A stretch of DNA of 64,000 bases from an uncultured Sulfurospirillum sp. (GCA_965306065.1 CBDLTN010000001.1:1955-65954); one strand, 5' to 3'. Counted from the stretch's first letter, positions 26,611 to 36,343 are shown. Notes: generated from the sequence alone by a model not told the origin. Numbers and translations are program-made.

Positions 26611-27718
26611 TTTCCTCTACAGACTCCGATTTTAAACCAGATACAAAAACAGCTCCTGCACCTAAAGCAGCTCCTGCAACTCCTGCCATCAAGGCAGCTT
26701 CTCCTGCACCAATTGATTTTTTATGATTTGGTTTTACAGGTGGATGATAAGCTGGTGGAGTAGCATGTTTAATATCACATACTTCAAATTGTTCTACTGC
26801 AAAACCTACTCCCTCTTCAGTACATCCAAAACATGGGTGACCAACAGCAACAGGCCAACAACCTGAACCTGCATCTCCAAAATTAAGTGTTGGGCAGTTT
26901 GCATGAGTAACAGGACCTTTACAACCTAAATGATAAAGACAGTGCCCTAATCTATGAGCTTCGTCTCCAAACTCTTTTGCAAATCTTCCATTATCAAAGT
27001 GTCCTCTTCTCTCACAGTGATCGTGAATAAGTCTATCAAAAATAAATAGTGGTCTATTTTGATCATCAAGTTTTGGAAATTTTTTAAATGTGATATAGTG
27101 AATTATAGTTGAGAGTAGATTATATGGATTTGGTGGACATCCTGGTATATTAATAATTTGCTGAGTCTTTAAAACATCTCTAGTACCAACACAGCCCGTA
27201 ATATTTGGTTCTGATTTTAAAAAGCCACCCCACACAGCACATGAGCCTACTGCTATAATACCTCCTGCTTTCTTACCTAATTTTTGCACAAGGTCAACAA
27301 AATTAACTCCACCACTTCTACAATATATTCCGCCATCTTTAAGAGGGATTGCTCCTTCTATTACAAGTAAAAACTTACCTTCATACTTCTCAATTGCTTC
27401 ATATACAGAATTTTTAGCCTCTTTGCCTGAAGAGTTTTGAAGTGCATTATGATATTCTAAAGAGATGGTATCAAAAATAAGACTTTCTATACTTTGATGA
27501 TCTGTTCTAAACAAAGACATAGTACACCCAGTACACTCCGCTCCACTAATCCATACAACCGGCAATCTTTCTGGGTTTGAGATACCTTTTGCAACTTCTG
27601 CTGTCATATTACTTGGTAGTGCTAGAGTCGCTGTAATTGCACTACAAAACTTTAAAAAGTCTCTTCTATTGTGATTTGGTAAAGAGCCTTTTATATTGTC
27701 AAAACCTGTTAAATCCAT
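26591..27718 (-). CDS. hybO: [NiFe] hydrogenase small subunit, Tat-exported
   Basis: It has a Tat signal (RRDFLKFCSAITA), the small-subunit blocks ECTGC and GCPPNP, and a C-terminal anchor. Confidence 0.9.
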   Translation of the reverse strand: MDLTGFDNIKGSLPNHNRRDFLKFCSAITATLALPSNMTAEVAKGISNPERLPVVWISGAECTGCTMSLFRTDHQSIESLIFDTISLEYHNALQNSSGKEAKNSVYEAIEKYEGKFLLVIEGAIPLKDGGIYCRSGGVNFVDLVQKLGKKAGGIIAVGSCAVWGGFLKSEPNITGCVGTRDVLKTQQIINIPGCPPNPYNLLSTIIHYITFKKFPKLDDQNRPLFIFDRLIHDHCERRGHFDNGRFAKEFGDEAHRLGHCLYHLGCKGPVTHANCPTLNFGDAGSGCWPVAVGHPCFGCTEEGVGFAVEQFEVCDIKHATPPAYHPPVKPNHKKSIGAGEAALMAGVAGAALGAGAVFVSGLKSESVEENEDEKA

Positions 27719-27840
27719 CTAAACACCTTTTTAGTTTATTATATTATTCATATATAATAATATATTATAATTAATTAGATGTATTGTACTATTTTAATTT
27801 TATCTCCCTCTTAAAAAGGTAAAATTTTACTAGCTTATCG

Positions 27841-27857
27841 TACAATTTGGTAAAGTC
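27841..27857 (+). repeat. Full 17-mer TACAATTTGGTAAAGTC in the hybO upstream intergenic region
   Basis: It shares 11-13-nt blocks with 21874, 22073 and 28279. All four copies are in the same orientation. Confidence 0.5.
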
Positions 27858-28278
27858 ATTAAACTTTTTCCTTCCCTTTAGCTTATAATAGTGTGTACTA
27901 TAGTAACTTTTAATAAAACTTTAATAAATGCCTCATTTCTTGTAAATATAATTATCTTCCTTTTTATTTGCTAAATAACTTGTGAGATGATTTCTAATGG
28001 AAAATACACCAGACAAAATTGTTATTTTATTTTTAATTAAGATTTATAATTCTTCTATGTAAGTATTTAATTCGTCATATTATTTTTTAAATTGCTATTT
28101 CTTTTACCATTTGTTTTTTCTAAAAATTATTGTAGGTTAAAAACTTTTTCTAATTTTTACCCCTATATAATAGGTACGAGTTTTTTTGTTTTATCAGATA
28201 TATTTTTACAAAAAAATATTCTCTTTTCATCAATATTTCTTAGGTGGTTAATTATCATTGACCTGCTATAAAGCCAAT

Positions 28279-28291
28279 AATTGGTAAAGTC
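28279..28291 (+). repeat. Member of the TACAATTTGGTAAAGTC-related repeat family (AATTGGTAAAGTC)
   Basis: It shares TTGGTAAAGTC with 27847-27857. Confidence 0.5.
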
Positions 28292-28411
28292 TCTTTTATT
28301 TTGAAGCAATATATAAAATTCATACATTAAGTTAATCCCCATGATATAAGCGTTGATTATATTTTAAAGTTACTTATAGTATAATCCAAAGATTTTATTA
28401 AAGGTTTTATA

Positions 28412-29566
28412 ATGGTAAAGAGATTTTTTCTGCTCTTTTTTGTAGTTATTGTTATGTTATCTGTTTTTATAAATATTTTTTTGTCTAAGGTAAATAACAA
28501 AGATACTATATTGTTTGGAACATCCCTTCCTTTGAGTGGAATTAATAAAGAATTAGGTAGAGAAGTAATTCAAGGCGCGAATACTTATTTTAGCCATGTA
28601 AATGCAAGAGGTGGTATTGATGGAAAACTTATCAGCCTTATTTTTTATGATGATAAATACGAGCCACAAAATACACTTACAAATATAAATACTCTTATAA
28701 ATAAAGATAATGTTTTTTCACTATTTGGTTTTGTGGGAACACCCACAACAAAAAAAGTACTTCCTATTATTATCAATGAAAACATTCCTTTTATAGCACC
28801 TTTTACAGGAGCATCCTTTTTAAGAAACTCAAATTTTGAAAATATAGTCAATTTTAGAAGCTCTTATAAAGAGGAGATTGAAGGAATTATAAATCATCTT
28901 TATAAGACAAAACAGATAACAAAGTTTGCTATATTTTATCAAAATGATGATTATGGAGAAGAAGGATATATAGCAACTATTGAAGCACTAAAAAAAAGAA
29001 ATTTAACACTAGTAAGTGAAGGAACTTATAAAAGAAACACTCTATCTATTAGACATGCTCTACATGAAATAAAGTCAACAAAACCTGAAGCTATCATCAT
29101 TGTTGGAGCCTATAAACCAAGTGCACATTTTATTAAAAAAGCTAGAGAGTGTTGTTTTAATGATGTAATTTTTACACCTATCTCTTTTGTAAATGCCAAT
29201 GCTCTTATAGATGAGTTAAATGGAGATGGAACAAACATACTTTTTTCCCAAACAGTTCCATCTTATGATGACAACTCTTTAAAAGTTGTAAAAGAGTACG
29301 CTGAACTTCTAAATTTTTACTACCCAAAACAAAAACCAAGTTACGCTTCATTTGAATCATTTTTAACTGCCAAACTAGTAGTCAATGCTATAAGAAATAC
29401 GCAAGGACCTTTAAATAGAAAAAACTTTTTATATAATATTAAAAAACTTCCCAATAACAGCCTAGGGGAGATTCCTATAAAATATAAAAATACTCAACTG
29501 CTCAATGTTACTTACTTATCAACATACAAAAATGGTAAATTTGAATCAGTTAAAATGGTAAAATAA
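28412..29566 (+). CDS. Periplasmic type-1 solute-binding protein (Leu/Ile/Val-binding-protein fold), membrane-anchored
   Basis: 384 aa with an N-terminal TM/signal segment and LIVBP-like blocks (GTSLPLSG...GGIDGK...YDDKYEP). The kinase follows 1 nt later. Confidence 0.75.
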   Translation: MVKRFFLLFFVVIVMLSVFINIFLSKVNNKDTILFGTSLPLSGINKELGREVIQGANTYFSHVNARGGIDGKLISLIFYDDKYEPQNTLTNINTLINKDNVFSLFGFVGTPTTKKVLPIIINENIPFIAPFTGASFLRNSNFENIVNFRSSYKEEIEGIINHLYKTKQITKFAIFYQNDDYGEEGYIATIEALKKRNLTLVSEGTYKRNTLSIRHALHEIKSTKPEAIIIVGAYKPSAHFIKKARECCFNDVIFTPISFVNANALIDELNGDGTNILFSQTVPSYDDNSLKVVKEYAELLNFYYPKQKPSYASFESFLTAKLVVNAIRNTQGPLNRKNFLYNIKKLPNNSLGEIPIKYKNTQLLNVTYLSTYKNGKFESVKMVK

Positions 29567-29567
29567 A

Positions 29568-31184
29568 ATGGAATTTTACAATTTATTAAACAGGTTTTTA
29601 GATCGGGTAGAGTTTTCAAATAAAACAAAAATTCTTATTGCAATTATTGCTTTTAGTATGATGACAATTGGGTTTTTAATGATGATTTCTATCTTTGCAC
29701 TAAAATTTGACTATGAAACACTCTATCAAAAAAGAACGATTCCTCAAGTTGGGCTTGAAGAGATAAAAGATATATATACTGTAAATATATATGATACCCT
29801 CTATGATATTAAAGAGGAAAATATAGATATACATAATGCAGCAGAAGTAATATCCTTGGCAAAGCAGATTATAAAAGCACAATGGAAAAACTATAATGGT
29901 TCCATAAATTACAAAATAGGTGGTTTTACTGAATTTGCAAGTAATTGGTTGAACTTTTTTTTACTGAGTGAAAACTTTCCTGAAAAAAACTATTATCAAA
30001 AAGGTCTAATATCAAAAGTTGAAGATAAAATGAAAAGGGTTGATACCCAAACTAATAAAATAGTGGCTTTATTAAAACAGGAAAAATTAACACAAGCCGA
30101 TATAATTATGGATGGAATATTTTTAGAAATAAACTCTTTAAACATCTATCTCTCAAGTCTAATCACTTCACACCTAAAAAAAGCAGTCGCAGAAAAAATC
30201 AGAAATGATAAAATATTTAAAACTAGTATATACATGTTGTTTTTACTAATAGGATTAGTTTTTTTCCTAAGTATAATCATATCACTTGTCTTGATTAACA
30301 ATTTTAAAATGCTGCATAACTCTCTTGAAATCAAAGTTAATAACAAAACAAAAGAGTTAAGGTCATTAAATGATTCGCTAGAACGTAAAATCAAAACTGA
30401 AGTAGAAAACAGTCGTAAAAAAGACCAAATTATGTTTGCCCAAGCACGACTTGCAAGTCTTGGTGAAATGCTTCAAAACATTGCTCATCAATGGAGACAA
30501 CCACTTGGAGCATTAACAATGATAATACAAAGCTTTCAATCAAAATTTCTTTCAGGCAAACTGAATGAAGAGTTTATTGAATCAAGAGTAGAAGATGCTG
30601 GAGTATTAGCAAAGAACATGTCTGATACATTAGAAGACTTTAGAACATTTTTTGATCCAAATAAAAGCCATAAAAAATTCTCTATCAAAAAGGTTATAGA
30701 AAAATCTATAGATTTAACAAAATATCAACTTGAAAAAGAGGGGATAGATGTATTTTTTGTTATGAATGAAGATATAGAAATTTATGGTTTTGAAAATGAA
30801 CTTACTCATGTAATTTTAAATCTAATCAACAACTCAAATGATGCATTATGCGAAAACAGTATTGATGAAAAAAGTATAAGAATTATTGTTAAACAAAAAG
30901 ATCAAAACGTCATCATAAACGTTATAGATAACGCCGGTGGCATAAATAGTGATATAATGGCAAAAGTTTTTGACCCGTACTTTACAACTAAACATAAGAG
31001 TGTAGGAACAGGAATTGGTCTTTATATGTCAAAACAAATGGTCGAAAAACATATGAATGGAAAAATAAGTTGCAAAAATATGCAACATAAAATGGGAAAA
31101 AGTGAACTCAATGATTGTGCAATGTTTACCATAGAAATACCCATAATTATTGTAGATAAGGAACAAAAATATGAACAAACGTGA
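29568..31184 (+). CDS. Sensor histidine kinase (two TM helices, periplasmic sensor)
   Basis: It has the H-box IAHQWRQPL and the N/G boxes NLINNSNDAL and GTGIGLYMS. Confidence 0.85.
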   Translation: MEFYNLLNRFLDRVEFSNKTKILIAIIAFSMMTIGFLMMISIFALKFDYETLYQKRTIPQVGLEEIKDIYTVNIYDTLYDIKEENIDIHNAAEVISLAKQIIKAQWKNYNGSINYKIGGFTEFASNWLNFFLLSENFPEKNYYQKGLISKVEDKMKRVDTQTNKIVALLKQEKLTQADIIMDGIFLEINSLNIYLSSLITSHLKKAVAEKIRNDKIFKTSIYMLFLLIGLVFFLSIIISLVLINNFKMLHNSLEIKVNNKTKELRSLNDSLERKIKTEVENSRKKDQIMFAQARLASLGEMLQNIAHQWRQPLGALTMIIQSFQSKFLSGKLNEEFIESRVEDAGVLAKNMSDTLEDFRTFFDPNKSHKKFSIKKVIEKSIDLTKYQLEKEGIDVFFVMNEDIEIYGFENELTHVILNLINNSNDALCENSIDEKSIRIIVKQKDQNVIINVIDNAGGINSDIMAKVFDPYFTTKHKSVGTGIGLYMSKQMVEKHMNGKISCKNMQHKMGKSELNDCAMFTIEIPIIIVDKEQKYEQT

Positions 31185-31839
31185 TTTTGATTTATTAAAT
31201 GGATTTAATATACTCTATCTTGAAGATGAAGCAGATTTACTAAAACATACAACAGCAGTTTTAGAAGATTTTGCAAAAAATATATTTGCAGTACAGAGTT
31301 GTGATGAAGCTTTGGAAATTTTGCAAAACAACCATGTAGATGTTATTATCTCTGATATCCTTTTAAAAAATGAAAATGGCATCGAGTTCTTAAGACATAT
31401 CAAAGATGACCTAAATATAACTATTCCAGCTATACTTACAACAGCTCATACTGATACTGAACATCTCTTAGATGCAATAAAATTAAAAGTAGAAAATTAT
31501 ATTGTAAAGCCTATTAACATAAAAGAACTTTTAAATGCACTTCATGATGTACTTATGCCAAAAATACAACAAAAAGAGATAGACAGGTCATACAACATCA
31601 TAAAAACAATTTCTGCAGTAACAGATGGTAAACAGGTTGACTTAATACGATTTATAATCAAAAATTTAGATGATGAAAATATTTTAAACTACTCCTATAC
31701 AGATATAATGGAAAAAGTTGATGTAAGTAAGCCAACTGTTATAAAACTTTTTAAATCACTTAGTGACCAAGGGATACTAACAAAAGTACAAAATGGTAAA
31801 TACCGCTTTTTTGAAACCAAATTGCCTATACCAGAATAA
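31171..31839 (+). CDS. Response regulator with a C-terminal winged-helix (MarR/Crp-like) DNA-binding domain
   Basis: The REC domain has an LYLEDE...DVIISD phospho-acceptor region. The C-terminus carries an HTH (VSKPTVIKLFKSLSDQGIL). Confidence 0.8.
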   Translation: MNKRDFDLLNGFNILYLEDEADLLKHTTAVLEDFAKNIFAVQSCDEALEILQNNHVDVIISDILLKNENGIEFLRHIKDDLNITIPAILTTAHTDTEHLLDAIKLKVENYIVKPINIKELLNALHDVLMPKIQQKEIDRSYNIIKTISAVTDGKQVDLIRFIIKNLDDENILNYSYTDIMEKVDVSKPTVIKLFKSLSDQGILTKVQNGKYRFFETKLPIPE

Positions 31840-31851
31840 GGAATCCTATAA

Positions 31852-33186
31852 ATGAATGTTTTACGAAAATTACCAAAAATAGATAAACTCATACTAAATC
31901 CTCTTTTTAAAGGTCTTAACTCTTCTCGTTTAGCTGAGATAGCAAGAGAAAAAATAGAAAATCTAAGAGAAAATATACTAAGCAAAAAAATAGAAGATTT
32001 TGATGACGAAGAGTTGCTTAAAGAGATAAAATATAGCTATGAGAGGCTATTTGAACCATCTTTAAAACCTCTTGTCAATGCAACTGGAGTAATCTTACAT
32101 ACGAATATGGGAAGAAGTTTAATAAGCGAACATATACTTAGTGCTGCTTCAAAAGTAATCACAAATTACTCCAACCTAGAATATAACCAAGAAAAAGGAT
32201 GTCGTGGTGAGAGATACGAGCATGTTAGTGAGCATCTAAAAAACCTTTTACATGTAGAAGATGTTCTAGTTGTAAACAATAATGCAAGTGCAGTTTTTTT
32301 AATACTAAATACATTTGCAAAAAATAAAGAAGCTATTGTATCTCGTGGGGAGTTAGTTGAGATAGGTGGAAGCTTTAGAATCCCAGAAGTTATGAGCCAA
32401 AGTGGAGCAATCTTACATGAAGTTGGTGCAACTAACAAAACAAAAGCAAAAGATTATGAAAATGCTATAAATGAAAATACAGCGATGCTTATGAAAGTAC
32501 ATCAATCAAATTTTAGTATTGAAGGTTTTAGCGAAGATACAAACTATACAGACATAAAAGAGCTTTGTGATAAAAACAACTTGATAGACTATTATGATTT
32601 AGGAAGTGGTTATATTCCTGAACTTCCTTACAATCTAGGAAACAATGAACCTTCATTAAAAACTATATTAGAAGATGAGCCATCTTTGATAAGTTTTAGT
32701 GGAGACAAACTTTTTGGAAGTGTTCAAGCGGGCATTATTGCTGGGAAAAAAGAGTTAATAGCAAAATTAAAAGATAACCAACTTTTAAGAATGTTAAGAG
32801 TAGATAAAATCACACTTAGTATTCTTGAAGAGACAATCAAAGCTTATCTAAAAGAAGATTATAAATCTATCCCAACTTTATGGATGTTATTTCAAAGCCA
32901 AGAGGATTTAGAAAAAAGAGCAACTAATATGCAAGAAATTATTGGTGAGTCTATATGTAGTGTAATTAAAAGTAAAACTGTTATGGGAGGAGGAACTCTA
33001 CCTAATAGAGAATTTCCTACAGTAGCTTTACATGTAAAAGGAAAAGCTACAACTCTAGAGAGAAGTTTTAGAAAAGCAAATATTATAGGACGTATAGAAA
33101 ACGATATGTTTTTGATAGATTTTAGAAGCATCCTACCTGAATTTGAAGAACAAATAATACAAACAATAAAAGAGATTATAAAATGA
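31852..33186 (+). CDS. selA: L-seryl-tRNA(Sec) selenium transferase
   Basis: FSGDKLFGSVQAGIIAGKK is the PLP-lysine region. The gene is translationally coupled to selB (ATGA). Confidence 0.9.
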   Translation: MNVLRKLPKIDKLILNPLFKGLNSSRLAEIAREKIENLRENILSKKIEDFDDEELLKEIKYSYERLFEPSLKPLVNATGVILHTNMGRSLISEHILSAASKVITNYSNLEYNQEKGCRGERYEHVSEHLKNLLHVEDVLVVNNNASAVFLILNTFAKNKEAIVSRGELVEIGGSFRIPEVMSQSGAILHEVGATNKTKAKDYENAINENTAMLMKVHQSNFSIEGFSEDTNYTDIKELCDKNNLIDYYDLGSGYIPELPYNLGNNEPSLKTILEDEPSLISFSGDKLFGSVQAGIIAGKKELIAKLKDNQLLRMLRVDKITLSILEETIKAYLKEDYKSIPTLWMLFQSQEDLEKRATNMQEIIGESICSVIKSKTVMGGGTLPNREFPTVALHVKGKATTLERSFRKANIIGRIENDMFLIDFRSILPEFEEQIIQTIKEIIK

Positions 33187-35015
33187 AACATATAATAGTT
33201 GGAACAGCAGGTCACGTTGACCACGGAAAAACTGCACTTATTGAAGCACTAAGCGGATATGCAGGAGATACACTAGAAGAAGAAAAACGAAGAGGAATCA
33301 CTATAAATCTTAGTTTTTCAAACCTGCAAAATGCAGATACGAATGTAGCTTTTATTGATGTACCAGGACATGAAAAACTCTTAAAAAATATGATAGCAGG
33401 TGCTTTTGGTTTTGATGCGTGTATGGTTGTAATTGATGCAAATGAAGGTGTTATGCCTCAAACTAATGAGCATTTGGAAATTTTAAATCTCTTACATGTA
33501 AAGAGTATAATTATAGCTTTGACAAAAAGTGACTTGGTAAGTAAAGAAAAAATCAATGAGAGAAAAGAAGAGATTAGTGCATACTTTAAAACTTTTTCTC
33601 ACCTAAATCTTAAATCTATAATTCCTGTTAGTATATATGAACCTGATTCAATTGACAATCTAAGAAATGAATTATTTTCAATCCCAATCATAGAAAAACC
33701 AAGCAATGGACTTTTTAGATATTATATAGATCGTTCTTTCTCACTTGCCGGTGTTGGAACAGTTGTAACAGGAACTGTGCTTGATGGAACTGTAAAAGTT
33801 GGAGAAAAAGTCTTTGCACCAGAACTTGGTAAGGAGATAATGGTAAGAAACTTACAAGTTCATGAAAAAGATGAAATGCAAGCACTTAGCAGCCAACGAA
33901 CTGCTATTAACCTGCAAAATGCAAAAGTTGCTCTTAAAAAAGGCACCCTTCTTTGTAAAAAAGGATTTATTCGTGGTTTTGAAAGTGTTGATGTTTGGGT
34001 TGAAGGAATATCAAATCAAAAAATAAAACACAACACAAATGTGATGCTTTTTATAGGAACAAAACAAGTAGAAACAAAAATTCTTTTATATGGAAATCAA
34101 GAAGAAACTTCTGGAGGTTTTGCAAAACTACAATTTAGTAAAAAGATATTTTTAGTTCATAATGAACCATTTATACTATGTTCTAGTGGTAGAACTATTG
34201 GTGGTGGTCGTATACTTAACCCTATAAATGATCCTATCAAGAAAAAAACAAAAATGCCTCTTTTAGAAGCTCTTAAAATTGATGACTTTAAAACTGCTTT
34301 TGAAATACTTGTAGGAACACATAAAAGAGGATTTGGTATCATATCTTCAAATCAAAGATTTGGACTAAATCATAGTGAAGCCTTAAAAATAGCACATGAA
34401 ATGGAAAATGTTTTTGTAGACGAAAAAGGTTTAGTACTCTATCCAATTGAGATAAAAAAAGAATTAGAAAATAAAATAAATCTAATCTATGAAAAAAATG
34501 AATATGCTCTACTCTCTGCAAATTCACTATCAATAAAAATCAAATGGGCAAGTGAAACTCTTTTAAGTGATGTTTTAAAAGATATTGTAAAAAGCGGTAA
34601 ACTTGAATTCAAAGATGGTATTTATAAAAACCCAAACATAGATGTTAACAATGTAGATAAAGTTATTGAAGATAAAATGCATTCAATTTTACAAAAAGAG
34701 GGATTTACTCCAACTGCTCCATATAATATCTACGACGAATTGGACATTGACAGAAAAATGGGTGATGATGCTCTTAAACGTCTAACTAAATCAAGAAAAG
34801 TAGTTCGACTTGCACATAATCTTTTTGTAACAACAGAGAACTTGAGTATAATTATGACAAGACTAAGAGAAATCATGAAAAATGAAGGTTCAGTTGATAT
34901 TACTTCATTTAGAAAATTTTATGATATGAGTAGAAAATATCTTGTTGCTTATCTTGATTATCTTGACCAATACGATGATGTCAAAAAAGATGGAATGAAA
35001 AGAGTTTTAATATAA
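33183..35015 (+). CDS. selB: Selenocysteine-specific translation elongation factor
   Basis: GTPase motifs GHVDHGKT, DVPGH and TKSD are present, with a long C-terminal winged-helix SECIS-binding extension. Confidence 0.9.
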   Translation: MKHIIVGTAGHVDHGKTALIEALSGYAGDTLEEEKRRGITINLSFSNLQNADTNVAFIDVPGHEKLLKNMIAGAFGFDACMVVIDANEGVMPQTNEHLEILNLLHVKSIIIALTKSDLVSKEKINERKEEISAYFKTFSHLNLKSIIPVSIYEPDSIDNLRNELFSIPIIEKPSNGLFRYYIDRSFSLAGVGTVVTGTVLDGTVKVGEKVFAPELGKEIMVRNLQVHEKDEMQALSSQRTAINLQNAKVALKKGTLLCKKGFIRGFESVDVWVEGISNQKIKHNTNVMLFIGTKQVETKILLYGNQEETSGGFAKLQFSKKIFLVHNEPFILCSSGRTIGGGRILNPINDPIKKKTKMPLLEALKIDDFKTAFEILVGTHKRGFGIISSNQRFGLNHSEALKIAHEMENVFVDEKGLVLYPIEIKKELENKINLIYEKNEYALLSANSLSIKIKWASETLLSDVLKDIVKSGKLEFKDGIYKNPNIDVNNVDKVIEDKMHSILQKEGFTPTAPYNIYDELDIDRKMGDDALKRLTKSRKVVRLAHNLFVTTENLSIIMTRLREIMKNEGSVDITSFRKFYDMSRKYLVAYLDYLDQYDDVKKDGMKRVLI

Positions 35016-35027
35016 AACAACTAAAGT

Positions 35028-35058
35028 AAGAGTTATGCTATTTATAAGCATAACTCTT
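35028..35058. terminator. Hairpin between convergent selB and the EAL/HDOD gene (AAGAGTTATGC-9 nt-GCATAACTCTT)
   Basis: An 11-bp perfect stem that overlaps the last codons of the minus-strand gene. Confidence 0.6.
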
Positions 35059-36273
35059 CTGTAAAATATCGCTTAATTCTATATTAGTTATGCGTAGTTC
35101 ATCTAAAAGAGTATCTGTTTTAGTCATGTCAAATTTTTCTATAGCAACAACTAAATCTAAAAGCTTTCCTAACTCCCCACTTCTTTTTAAAAGTGCTTCT
35201 TTAACATCTGCATCTACATTTATCTCATTAAGTACAATATCTATAGGAACTCTTAAAAGAGCATCTACAAGTGATAAAATACCAACAAAAGATGCTTCAT
35301 GACTATCATAACTTGTACTTCTCATTTTTTTTGCAAGTTCGGCCATGATTTTGGATCTATTTTGTGCTAGTTCTAACATAGGGTTTTTTGTCATCTTTGC
35401 TTCACCCTCCATTGACTTTGAAAATGCTATCAAAAGAAGCCACTGTTTAAGAGGTTTTTTACCAAGCATCATTACTACTTGTTGTACTGATTTTACATCT
35501 TTTCTAAGTCCTACATAACCTGAATTTATAAATCTTAAAAGTTGTATTGTAAGTTCTATTTCAGTTTCAAGTTCAAGTACTATATCTTTCATCTCAGTAT
35601 ATTCATTATCCAAAAGGTTAATTAATTGAAATATCTTTTTATATGCTGGATCGATTGATTCTTTTTGAACTATGCTAGGTTTTGCAAAAAAGTAACCTTG
35701 AAATAGTTCACACCCATAAGACTTATACTTCTCAAAATCTTCTTTTGTCTCTACTTTCTCTGCTAGCATTTTAAAGTCGTACTTCTTAAAATGATCCAAA
35801 TGTTTTTCTAAAGTATTCTCTTTTATTAATGAAACATCAAGTTTTAGTATATCCATATATGGAAATATTGGAGTAAATCTCTCTATAAAACCATCGTTAC
35901 AATGAGCATCATCAAGGGCAAAATAATACCCTATCTCTTTTAACTGCTTTATTCGATTTATTGTTCTTTCATCTACAACAATATCTTCTAATATCTCCAA
36001 AACAAAACGTTCTTTGGGAATATTTAATATAATAGGGTCTAAAAGAAACTCTTGATCTATATTTACAAACGCTAAATTATCATCAACTAAAGAGTGCATT
36101 CCAAAGTGATTAAGTGCATTTACTAAAACCTTTGCTGTTGCTAAAAGTTCATCTTTAAATACTGCTTTTAACTGCCCTGTATCATCAAGTGCCCTAAAGA
36201 GTAATTCATAGCCAAAAGTCTCCTCTTTTAAATTAACAATAGGTTGTTTTGCTATATAAAAATCTTGTATCAT
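35038..36273 (-). CDS. EAL-domain plus HDOD-domain signalling protein
   Basis: The N-terminal EAL-like domain (ELLFR...LEILE...ALDD) is followed by a C-terminal HDOD-like helical domain. Confidence 0.8.
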   Translation of the reverse strand: MIQDFYIAKQPIVNLKEETFGYELLFRALDDTGQLKAVFKDELLATAKVLVNALNHFGMHSLVDDNLAFVNIDQEFLLDPIILNIPKERFVLEILEDIVVDERTINRIKQLKEIGYYFALDDAHCNDGFIERFTPIFPYMDILKLDVSLIKENTLEKHLDHFKKYDFKMLAEKVETKEDFEKYKSYGCELFQGYFFAKPSIVQKESIDPAYKKIFQLINLLDNEYTEMKDIVLELETEIELTIQLLRFINSGYVGLRKDVKSVQQVVMMLGKKPLKQWLLLIAFSKSMEGEAKMTKNPMLELAQNRSKIMAELAKKMRSTSYDSHEASFVGILSLVDALLRVPIDIVLNEINVDADVKEALLKRSGELGKLLDLVVAIEKFDMTKTDTLLDELRITNIELSDILQKSYAYK

Positions 36274-36343
36274 TATGCATTCCTATGCTTACCATATCCT
36301 TTTATATTATTACATATATAATCTAAAAGTCAAATAATTTATA

